From contig OZ025793.1 of NCBI GenBank assembly GCA_964019425.1, positions 1,364,001 through 1,428,000 on the forward strand: a stretch of 64,000 nt of DNA, read 5' to 3'. Numbering within the stretch: position 1 is the stretch's first letter; every line of letters begins with the position of its first letter. A model generated the notes under the pieces. It saw nothing but the letters and a program-made list of their open reading frames with translations. It ran no database searches and was not told where the DNA came from. Below, piece after piece: positions 23,903 to 35,054 of this stretch. Position numbers and translations under genes: made by a program. This DNA comes from Flectonema sp. DT1601 (taxonomy: Eukaryota).

Positions 23903-25270
23903 ATGTCTTCCCCTCCATCGAAGGAAGAAGTAGCGCTAAAGCGTGCCCGAGTTCTCGGAATCTCATCTGCCATCCATTTAGTGATGTTATGGAATAGACC
24001 AACTCGTATGGAGGCAGACATTGGGATTACATTAAATACACTCTCAGGTATTATTGGATTGGTTTGGTTCTTGACGAGGAGTACTTTCGGATTCCCATTA
24101 TTTATTAACATCTTCTATGCTGCTGGAATCTCGTGGGTAATGAAGGTTTGGTTGGATGGTGAGAACGACGGAATCCCCGCAGCCATCAGTTGCGGTACAC
24201 TAATTGCTGGAGCTGTGGGGTGGAGGAATCAGACTTTCGATTGGACTCAGTCGAAGTTGCACAAACTTCCGACGCAAATCCCTTCGAAATTAATTTCATT
24301 ATTTCTGGGTAACAGACCATCTCAACCGATTGCTAATCATGGAAGGACTTCTCCAATCGATAGAACGAAACCACCAAAAACCATCGCAGTCATCATCAAT
24401 CCTGAAGCAGGTCGTGGAGGTGCAAGGGTTGCTTGGGAAGAAGCAAAAGCCGTTCTAATCTCGAAGGATATCAAAATATTGAGTGTTCTTGAAACTCAGA
24501 AGTCAGGTGATGGAACTCACTTGGCCCGCGACTACGATGGTTCAGCTGACTGTTTGGTAGCAGTCGGGGGTGACGGTACTTTAAGTGAAGTGTTGAACGG
24601 AATTATGCAGCGCGAAAAGAAACTACCATTGGGATGCATTCCTGGAGGGACCTGCAACAACTTCTGTTTTGATTTAGGAATCAAAACCCCAACAGATGCT
24701 GCTTCTCGTATCATTACTGGTTGTATCGCTCCCATTGATGCTGCGCAGGTTCACCACAATGGGAGAGTTACTTACGGACTTAATGCGCTTGCTTGGGGTG
24801 TTGGTCTCAAGGCTGTCCAATTCGCTGAAAAATTGGGTTTTCTGGGACCTTTGAAGTTCGACGTCGGCGGTTTGCTGGCAATCTTAACTTTTACCCCGAC
24901 AATTGTAACTGCAAAGCTTACAAAGGGAGACAAGAAGTGGAATGTAACTCAGTGTTGTGTAATTGCTATGTCGCAGGTGTGCCAGAGAGCTGGAAATGGA
25001 TTTCGATTCGGTCCGATGGCTAAGTTAGACGACGGTCTTATGGACACTTGTATGTTACGTCAGATATCAGTCTTACGAACACTTGAACTGTTTGATGAAG
25101 TAAAGAGAGAAGGATCTCACATTCATGGATACGATACTGAATACTTTCAGTGGGATTCCATGTATTTCGAAACACCGACACCGACACCAATCTCTCTTGA
25201 TGGTGAAGATACTGGCACCACACCAGCTACAGTTAATGTTCTACACAAGGCTTTTGAATGCTATGTGTAG
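23903..25270 (+). CDS. Diacylglycerol/sphingosine-kinase-like (DAGK_cat, YegS/BmrU-like) lipid kinase with N-terminal multi-TM module
   Basis: Motifs IINPEAG, AVGGDGTLSEVLNG, IPGGTCNNF, LDDGLMD, LDGE. Confidence 0.88.
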   Translation: MSSPPSKEEVALKRARVLGISSAIHLVMLWNRPTRMEADIGITLNTLSGIIGLVWFLTRSTFGFPLFINIFYAAGISWVMKVWLDGENDGIPAAISCGTLIAGAVGWRNQTFDWTQSKLHKLPTQIPSKLISLFLGNRPSQPIANHGRTSPIDRTKPPKTIAVIINPEAGRGGARVAWEEAKAVLISKDIKILSVLETQKSGDGTHLARDYDGSADCLVAVGGDGTLSEVLNGIMQREKKLPLGCIPGGTCNNFCFDLGIKTPTDAASRIITGCIAPIDAAQVHHNGRVTYGLNALAWGVGLKAVQFAEKLGFLGPLKFDVGGLLAILTFTPTIVTAKLTKGDKKWNVTQCCVIAMSQVCQRAGNGFRFGPMAKLDDGLMDTCMLRQISVLRTLELFDEVKREGSHIHGYDTEYFQWDSMYFETPTPTPISLDGEDTGTTPATVNVLHKAFECYV

Positions 25271-27128
25271 TTGCAGTCTGTAGCTACTCGATTTTAAAAA
25301 ACAGAAGCAGTCAGTACACTGCAAGGTTAAGTATTCTACATTAACTGTATTGGTAGACAACAACATTGAAAGAGGAAGTTAGAAGGAGAGGTGTCATTCG
25401 GTGTCACTTAACAGGTGTCGCAGTTAATTCTTAAACATTGTTTTATATAATGAGGTGAGAATCAGGAAAAAAAAAGAAATAATGTAAAAAAAAAAAAAAC
25501 GAACGAAAGGGATCGCATTGTCGACAAAAAGAAAAGAACAGAATACGATCTGTAGAACATCTTACGATGTGATGATCACTCTGAGAGTGTAAGTTAGTGA
25601 TAAGTGAGAAACAACAATTCTTGTCCTCCTGTTTAGTGTTGTTTTACTCACCAAATAATAAGTTCCAATAATATTATCGAAATTCTTGTGCGTGACAGCA
25701 GCACAGATTGTTATATTTTCTGATTTCGCTCATCGTTTCACTCCCTGACGCTCAACCTGATATGTACGTGGTCCCCGAAATACCAGATTCGACTACAACA
25801 TCTTCTGGTCAATAAGACAAAAAAATATATAATTTTCCCCCTGTTTTATGTTTTCTTTTAATTTTTTCTTTAATTAACAACTGCAAATATTTTTTCATTC
25901 AAGTACTTTTGATATTAATTTTAATTTTTTTAATACCTAAAAGTTGTAACTTGTTTTTTTTTTACGAGTTTTTTCAAAAAAACACTTTTTTGAAAGCCTT
26001 CAATCGTAACTAAATTACCGCAGTTTCCATTCAGACTTTTACTTTGATATCATCGTTGTGTCTTTCGTATTAAATTGACACTCCTTGTGGTTATCTCCCT
26101 GACCAATAAAATACAGTTTAGTTATAATTTTATAAGTGTTTTGTTACAGCGACAACAACGGTTCTAATCTTATTTAGGTAGTCTCAGTTGTGTGTTGACA
26201 AGTTGACAACATGTTTCAGAGGACTATTTATTATCAATTGGCTCTAATCTGATTGATGAGGTCAGTGAAAAGGTATCCAAAGAATGAGTTATTTCTACAG
26301 GTCTGTAAACACTTGTAAATACTTATAGATGGATATTCTATCTCACAGAACACAACGAGTGATGACCGATCACTTCCCTCATCGCTGATGGGCCTAAGTA
26401 AAGTGGTAAGATCTTCGCACTGCCTTTGCTAGTTATTTTGTTCTTTTTTTTCTTTTAGACTCAAACGAGTCGTAGCGTACGGACCACCTACTTTCCTATA
26501 ATATGATAACTGTACGACGTGCGATAAATTAGTTTTGATCTCTGCGATTTCAGCAGAATTATAACTTCCAATGTGAATGAGAAAACAGATGTGGTCGTAC
26601 TGCTGAGTGTCACTTAGTCCTGTGAATTACTGATCGTACAGCCTTTACAAAACTGTAACTTTAATGTACAACTTGCTCTGTGGCACTCTGGTGTTTTTTA
26701 TTATTTGTTTGAATTATCTGAAAGTTCTTTTAAAACTTATTAATCTTTCTCCCCCTTTCCCCTCCTAACTTTCTTTTTATCCCAATTCTTCTCATTGTTC
26801 AAATCGCTTTTTCTAATAATATCTAACCAAAGAAATAGACGGAGTGGGGTCGGTTATTTTATTGTTTCTTTTCTTTTCCCCTTAATTACTTGTTGGCTAG
26901 CGTTCATGTAGAAGGATGTTGGCTCCGAAAATGAAATTGAGTGATTATGAGTTGTGTTGTCTTTCTGAATACACATAATTCTTAAAGAAAACCAACACGA
27001 ACGGTTTATCGATCCTATGTACGAACCATTGTGAAAAAGAGCCATCACTGAAATGAGAATTTCTTACTCGGTGAAAACTAATACCAAGCTGGCCCACATA
27101 CCGATTGCATTGGTTTTCCTTTGCAACC

Positions 27129-27166
<38 letters not shown>

Positions 27167-27425
27167 GGGAAAAAAAAAAAAAAAGGAAAATAATATATTA
27201 CTGTTGTTATTGCGGAGTTGTTTTCGACATTGAAGCCAGACGAGTACTGTTCGATGTTTTTTTTTTACTTTTAGTTTCTTTAAAGGAACGGATAAATATA
27301 AGAAGAGATGCCGAGCCTATTTATGGAAAGCTCTGCTGCAGGTTCATTTGTGAACTAAACATCTAACTGTTGAGTAAGTCTATTTTCGTTACTATTTTTC
27401 TTTAAAGGGATCACAATTAAACAAT

Positions 27426-28984
27426 ATGTCTTCCGATCACTCAGAACCAGAGGTGGAACTACCAGAGGAAGAATTACCGATGGAAGGATTATCAAAGGGA
27501 CCTGCTGATGACGCTTCTCGTCATATAATTCAGTTGAGAACTGAACTGGTTTTGAGAGCAGCGGAAGTTGACGGAGTGGATGCTATGGCTGATGTGATGT
27601 TAATGAGAACATCACTTTACACGGCTGGTAAACGTCTTCTGATTGAAGATATTGATGTCTCACAGGAAGTACCGCAACACGATTTAGAACTACTTGCTGA
27701 CAGACTATCAGGTGATGATGAAAATAATTTCAGAGAATGTTTAAAACTACTCGATCAGATTGAATCTCGAGTTACGAGTTCTCCACAATCTGGTGATCGT
27801 CCAAAAGTTCCAACCAGAGGAAGGAGATCAAGCAATGCCTCGTCTGGTTCAGAACAACAAACAACTCCACAATGTGACATGTTTCAAGTTCCATTTGCTC
27901 GACGAATGCAAACACTGACGGTATTGTTGGCAAACTTCTTTACCGGACTTCCTTTATTTTTTGTTGTTTACTTCTCAATGTACTTCATTCCGTTATTCTG
28001 GCCAGTCGTGTGGATTTATAATATTTGGATGATTTACGACATCTTCGTATTGAGATCTGGTGTAATCCCCCGACCACTTAGTAAGTGGTATCGTAATGCT
28101 GGGTATTGGAAGCTATACCGTGATTACTTCCCAATTAGATTGCGTGTTGAAGGTGCGTCAAAGTTCGTGAAGGTTGACGAGAATGGGGAGCCACAGACTT
28201 ACTTATTTACACTTCACCCTCATGGAATTCACTCCTTTGGAGCGTTCGTTAACTTTGCAACGAACGCTACGGGTGTTGATGATCTGCTTCCAAATATTAC
28301 AATGTACGTTCAGACGCTGGGTATTCAATTCAAACTTCCTATTTGGAGAGAATTAGTAGCCTGGGGAGCCTGTGGAGATGCTTCAAAAGAATGTCTCACT
28401 CGAGTACTATCAGGTAACGCAGGAAACGCTGCACTTTTAGTTGTTGGAGGTGCTGAAGAGGCTTTGGATGCCGCACCTGGAACCTTTGATTTGGTTCTTA
28501 AAAAGAGAAAAGGTTTCGTTAAGATTGCTTTACAAACTGGAACTAACTTAGTGCCAACATTCTCATTCGGAGAGAATGATGTTTATATTAATATGGTACG
28601 TGATAATCCTTCTACTCGTAAATTTATGAAAACTGTTCAGAGAGTTCTCGGATTTGCTGTTCCTCTAATTCAAGGCCGTGGAATCTTTAACTACAGCTGG
28701 GGTCTTCTTCCACACAGAAGACCAATTACAACTGTTGTGGGTCATCCAATTAGAATTAAAAAATGGGAAGGGTCATTCAACTCACCAGAGTTCAGTAAGA
28801 GGATTAACGAAGTTCATGACCAATACACTGAAGCGTTGCGTGAATTATATGATCGTCATAAGGTGTGTAATTTATTATTTTTTTTAACTTTCGAATAGCA
28901 GGGGAGTTGGTACAAAATAAAAAAATAAAAAAACAGAACATCCACGCGCTCGCTAGATGTGATACCCTCCGTTTTACTATGTGA
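27426..28984 (+). CDS. DGAT2: Diacylglycerol O-acyltransferase 2 (DGAT2/MOGAT family); exons 27426-28862 and 28937-28984
   Basis: Motifs YFP, HPHG, GGAEEAL, RKGFVKIAL, LVPTFSFGEND, VVGHPI; phase-0 intron gtgtgt...aaacag. Confidence 0.9.
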
Positions 28985-31900
28985 GAAAATGGTAACTAAT
29001 TGACGTGGAAAATAATTTTCAAAATGTTAAAAATATCACCTCCTTTCGGTATGCGACACTTGAGCTGAATGAATACTCATTTTATATTTCCCCTAAATAA
29101 TTATATTGTTCTCTATCCTTGTGATGTATTGTTTTATTTCTCAAGACAGACAGGTTTGAGAATAAATTAAAAAAAGCAACAGAACTGCTTTCTTTTTTTT
29201 TTAAAAAATATTTTCTTATCTCGGTAGAGTGATGCAAAACAGTCTTTCCTTTTTTTTTTTTTAATTTGTGTTTTTTTCCTTCTTTTTTTTCGTCAATCAA
29301 ACGTGCTGATCCTTTTTATCAAGATGTAGTGCACTCCTGGAATGTTACTGTTTTGGTTAATCAGCCCACTCCCATGTTGTTGTTGTTGCTGTTTTTTTTT
29401 TTTTTTTTTTTTTTAATATTATTCATTGTCTGACATCTTTTACTGTCTCCGCGTGTGAAATTTGTGTTTTTAGCATCCCTTGTTATGGAAATGAGTAGAC
29501 TCGCTAACTAAGTCTAATTGTTAATTGTTCACTTCTTAGTGAGAGTTTTGCGACGGTGTAATAAGTTTGTTACGTAAGATAACTTCCATTTGTTGATATT
29601 CTTCCTTCAGCTCACTCCAGGTTCCGTTTAGTAGTCTCGTTTATTGTTATTAAACCGCCTCCCTAAGGTATGGTAGCGAGATTGTGATTACTTATTTTTT
29701 TTTTTTAGCTCTCTACTCGTTTGTTCTTTTTCTCTTGTTTCAAATAATAATAATATTATCACCAACACACAACTCACATAACAAGAATTGAGTCTTTCAG
29801 AGATACCAGTTCTCGAATTCTAAAGGCTCAGAGTAGGAATACCACCTCTCTTGTGTTTCTTCCTCTCTCAGTAGGACTTCTGCGGTGTCCTGGATTAGGT
29901 TCTTCCTGTTTTCGTAAAGTGGCGTGTTTTCCTTTATTGACTCTACTTGGTCGTTTTAATTATATAATTTAATTCGATACTTTGTAAAGGTGCAGCGATT
30001 ATACTTTCTCTCTGCGCTGCGCTCTCCCCGTCTTTAGGGTTTTGGCTCTTCAAACTCTCCCAACGAGCTGAAAATCTCTGTTCTGCTATCAGTGTCCCTT
30101 GTATAATAAATACTCAAAGGGTTCCAGGTAGAACAAAAAACAATAAAAGGATCGCTAATGTGGAATGTAATTATTAAGGTCAGCTGAATAAAAAAAAAAA
30201 AAAAAAAAAAAGGATAGCGAGCTGTGCAAGTCGCTCCACTATAGTTTCGTAGAGAAGCTCGCCATGTTGTCGAGCTCACGAAATATATTTTTTTTATGTT
30301 TTTTTTTTTCTTTTTTCTTTTTTTTGAAAGTTTTCCGTTCTCCGAATTTGATTCGACTCCCTTCAGACTTCGCTCCAAACTAACCCGCGTAGTCTATTTA
30401 ACATCTTCGGCTATTCGAAGCCATTCTTCTGTTTAGAAAAGTAGTTTTCATCAACGACATCGGTAGTTGACAACCGGTCTGTCTGACCCACGGAGGTATT
30501 CTCAGTGCACTGCACTCGAGGTATGGCACTTTAGAGTATTTATGGAGCTAATTGCGGAAGTGCTGTGACAGTACTAGTCCAGAAGTGTAAAGTAATTTAT
30601 TAAATCCCAGAGTGAGTTCTCTGGTTACTTTTCAATTACTTTGCATGAGACAGTTTCTAGTCCCTTCTGCTGAGTCCAAATCTTATAAATGTTTTCGGTT
30701 GTACATTCTGTGAGTGTCCTAACTGAGGAAGGACTTAACTGTTTGACAGATGTACTCGTTATTCTTTTCGTTAACTTTCGGTACGTCATTTGAGAAGTTG
30801 TTGTTATCTCAGAATTTACTACGTCCCGTATCCCCCATTTTCTAGTCGGTACTTCGCAATGCGAAGACGAGCGATCGCTTGAGCGCTGACTGTGCGCATA
30901 TTTCAGTTTTCATAAATTTGCAATTCCATTTTTATAAAGTAATTTCTGCAGGTCAGCTACCAGATGTCACTTCGTAGATTTCAGTTGTGGAATTGTTGAT
31001 TAGAACAACGCGACACTTGCATTGAAGGAAAGTAACCATCTCATCGCCTTGTCACATGTTGCTGGTCCAAAGAGATAGACGTGATGTACTTTCTATTTCA
31101 GAGTTGATGTCTTTATTATGAAGTCTTGATTTGTATTATTTTCTTGCGACAGTCATCAAACAATATCTTTAAAATGTGTGGAGGAGAATTGTACATCTCT
31201 GAGAATGGTTTGTGGGCCACCACAGCACCTCACTGGACTGCTAGTGTTGCGATACTGAAGGAGGAGGAGGAGTTTGTTCAGAAGTACAGCCGAGCCAGCG
31301 AGTCTCATTCGGCTGATGCAAAATAGCTGAACCACTTCCCGCTTGAAGCTGAGGAGTTGTTTTGAAGGATTTTGTTAGAAGTTCATTTTATGACACGGCA
31401 AGAGGGGTCTTTCAGATGTCTTAAATATCAAAGTAATATCCCCTCAGTTGTTATTTCTTAATGATGTCTCTGAGAGTGAGTTCTCTTTTAAAGTTGAAAT
31501 CAAATCAAATGATCGAATGCGAGTTCTGAAAGATCATTCGAACTGAACAACTCAGACAACTATTTGAGTTGTTGTTTTTGTGGTCTACCAACCAACCTGT
31601 TGTTGTTCTACAACAACAGGTTGAAATCTCTGAGTAGCTTACGTTGGTATTCAAATCTAACTCCGACCTCATCGCAATTTGAGTGCGAAAATAGAAACAT
31701 TTCGACTAGTCGTCCTTCAGCCCCTGCCATTGAAGATACGACTGTCTGTTAGCAGCACGGCATCGATCTCGTTCCTATCTAATTGAGAACTGCTGTGTTG
31801 GTAAGCATCCACCTGATTAGTATAAATATTCAATCTCTCTTAGAGATCCCGCTGGAGAGGCTGCGCTCTGCGATAACATCGACGGGTTTCTTTCTAACTT

Positions 31901-32134
31901 CGTATCTAACTCTCATTCCGCAATCAGTCAGTGAGGTTATTATTATTGCTACTCAGAAGTCAGGTTCAGAGCAATTGACAGAATGAGCGAATCAGAGCTC
32001 CACAGTTCCATTCTCGTCACCAGTCTCTTGTGTTGTAGTTGTTGTTTATGTATTTTAACATGTTACAATGAAAAAATATTTTCTCCGATTTCAGAACTAT
32101 TATCGCCCAACCCGAGCGACTGTTCGCAACTCTA

Positions 32135-32434
32135 GGTCCGGCGCAGTTATGACCCATAAACTGACTGTCATCTCACCTGATCCTTTTGTTTTCATTTCTT
32201 GCTGAGTGATATGGCAATGTGCTGCCCAATTTTTGTGCTTTTATAAAGCTTTCAGTATGCCCACAGTATAATTATATATGATTCGGATAACGTGGGGTGA
32301 ACGATCCTCGGTACTGTTCGGGGGTTTCTATTTTTCTTTCGTGGTATGTGGGCATATGGCACATATGGTCGTATCATAAAGGAAGCTGCTGTATATGGAA
32401 TAAAAAAGATTTTTTATTTTTTTCACCTCCCCCC
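32135..32434 (+). repeat. ~290-nt structured dispersed repeat, copy A (copy B at 36680-36966)
   Basis: High identity with copy B, starting at ggtccggcgcagttatgacc; long self-complementary fold. Confidence 0.9.
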
Positions 32435-33537
32435 ACTTGACAGCATTTCTTTCTCTGGTAGTTTATTTAAAGCATGCGATTTTGTGTGGACAGAATCCAG
32501 TTATAGTGATTCATGTCTAATTTGTTGCATGTTAACATTGATTTATTTATCCAAGTCCCTCCCCACTCCCAGATCATTTTCTTTTTGTTTTTTCTTGAGT
32601 TGTTTTTCAACCTGTTATCCTCTGGGCAAGGTGGGAGCCGATCACTTCCAGCCGAAGCTATAAAATTGCAATCTTCGCAATTGGGTCCTTACTAATGCAG
32701 GCTACCCACAACTAATTGACTGATAACTATTAATACTAACTAACTCAATCAAGTCAGTGTGCCTATTCGGGTCACTTACTTCCGTCACATTTCGGTGAGT
32801 GACTGTTTACTTATTTGTTTCTTCAGATCTTCTGTTACTGTTCATCATATTAACGGTCTAGAGAATATCATCCTTATGTGTGTTCTCTTCTCTGTTGTCA
32901 TGCGAAGGAACACAAGAAGGCTCTTTCTACTAATAAGGAACGTTCACTAATAATCCTCAGTGGTATGGATTAGTTTTCGGTCAAACGTGAACCAAATATT
33001 TCGCCGCCGGAATGTTATTTTCGAGGTTCTTCAAAACCGAGTGTGTTATTGTCTTTGTGAAGTTTTGTTTATTGCAACTGACGCACCCCCTCCACAGAAA
33101 GTTCTGTGCTTCCTCTCGCTAGGCATCGTCATCTTCAGGAATGTTAAATTCTCTTGTTTGGTATCAAACAGTTCTATTCCCCCTCGCATTGCGGGAGGTG
33201 AACCTTTTTGAGCGGAAACTTAATATTGGAGGATGTTACATTTCCACTCAAAGTAAACTACTGGACTGGTTGCAACCATTACCTCTGTCTGCCTACTTAC
33301 ACAACCAGACTTACCGGGTAACTTTAAGTTGGTTGTTCCGTGTGTTGCGTATGTTTTCTTTTTGTTGTTGTTGTAGTCGTTTTTTTTATTTTTTACAAAT
33401 AAACCCGCTTGTGCTCCTTAACGGTTGGTTTTTTTTCTTATTGTTCTCCCCTTCCCATATGAAGCCTCGACTAGAGTTAATTATGTATTAATAATTAATA
33501 ACAAGTTTTATTGTTTTTCTAAAAGTACAAATCTGAT

Positions 33538-34632
33538 ATGAATTTAGTAATTACATTCCCTGACACGTATTTTACTGATTTCGTGTTCTCTGTACACGAG
33601 GGTTCTGTTGCTGATGATGTACTGAAAGCAGCCGAAGAAGAATGGAACATTAACACCGATGTCGTCAGCATCACGCATGATGGGGTTCCCCTCGAGTTAA
33701 GCAGTAAGTTAATGAATCGTGGATTACAAGAAGATGCGACTCTCGCTTTGAAGCAAGCTGCTGACAAGGTGTATACTTCTTTTGATCTGTCGAATAGCTA
33801 TCAAGAAGTTGAAGACTTCTTTAAAAAGAACCCGGAGAAGTGTTGTTACATGAATGCTGAAACTTTAACAGAGGGAAGTGACTTGGAATTAAAATTGCTA
33901 AACGTACCGCGTATTGCTTTTATAAACGCTGGTAGCGTTAAGGGAATCCGAAATAAGTTTCTGTTCAATTGCTATCAGGTCCTTTCTGTAGACTTATCAA
34001 GTTTACATTCAATTACTCGGATTGGTGACAATTTCGCAAATGGATGTAGACGGCTTACTCGTTTAGATATTTCGTCTTCGAAGGGGATTTCTTCAATCGG
34101 AGAATATTTTCTTGGGAACTGTTCAGCACTTGAATCTGTTTCGTTAGATCTTCCCTCCTTAGAAAGTATTGATGAACGGTTTCTACTCAACTCAGGTATA
34201 CGAGAATTGGATTTATCTTCTCTTGTGAAACTTACTTCCATAGGAAGTGATTTCCTCAGAGGATCAAGTGTAAAGAAAGTGATTCTACCCGACAACATTA
34301 CTGAAATTGATAAAGGGTTCTTGTGTCGTTGTTCATCTCTTTGTAGTATTGATCTTAAACCTCTTTCACGTATTACTATTCTTCCTCAAAACTTTCTATG
34401 TTGTTGTCCTTCTCTTGTTGGTCTGGATTTAACTCCTTTATCAGAAGTTGTTGAGATTCAGAGCTTGGTTCTCTCTGAATGCGATTCTATTTTATCCATT
34501 GACCTCTCTCCTTTAGTGAATGTACTCGAAGTCAAAGAAGGACTGCTACGCGGATCTGAGTGGATCTCCCACTTACAGATTAAGAGATTCTATGACGAGG
34601 TACGCAAAAGGACATCATCAGCGAACCGTTAA
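33538..34632 (+). CDS. Ubl-LRR protein, paralog of 10062-11729
   Basis: Homologous N-terminus (FPDTYFTDFVF..AAEEEW versus FLDTNFEDVIF..AAAAEW) and the same LRR type. Confidence 0.85.
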   Translation: MNLVITFPDTYFTDFVFSVHEGSVADDVLKAAEEEWNINTDVVSITHDGVPLELSSKLMNRGLQEDATLALKQAADKVYTSFDLSNSYQEVEDFFKKNPEKCCYMNAETLTEGSDLELKLLNVPRIAFINAGSVKGIRNKFLFNCYQVLSVDLSSLHSITRIGDNFANGCRRLTRLDISSSKGISSIGEYFLGNCSALESVSLDLPSLESIDERFLLNSGIRELDLSSLVKLTSIGSDFLRGSSVKKVILPDNITEIDKGFLCRCSSLCSIDLKPLSRITILPQNFLCCCPSLVGLDLTPLSEVVEIQSLVLSECDSILSIDLSPLVNVLEVKEGLLRGSEWISHLQIKRFYDEVRKRTSSANR

Positions 34633-35054
34633 ATTGGAGTACTCACTGTTGGTGTTTGTTTGTCACAATAGGGATTAGTTATTTTGGTACCTTTCCCTAT
34701 CCTGTTTAATAATTGCTTCCTCTCCTTAACGGAACACTCTTAATGAGACAAGCGCTAGGATTCTAATGCCGCAGCGTCCGGTACTTGTACTTATTTATAA
34801 TTTCTTTTTACAATTTTTGGTTACACTGTTCGTGTTGTTGTAAAGTCTGTTAAAGATCAACATTGCAAGTTTGCGGGTTTGCAGAGTTGGTCAAGTTTTC
34901 TTTTGCCGTTACTGAGTACCCTAGCCTTTCGTGTGCTACTACGATACACAAATTTGCTTCCCTGTTTATTTGTTTAGCTGTTCTGGTAGTATGACCCATT
35001 TTTTTAATTTGAAAGGAAGTAATAATTTAAAAACTACTTCCCCCCTCCATTAGT

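Noticed and set aside
26329..26506. Possible 41-aa two-exon micro-gene
   Set aside because: Splice signals are plausible, but the peptide has no recognisable features and could arise by chance.
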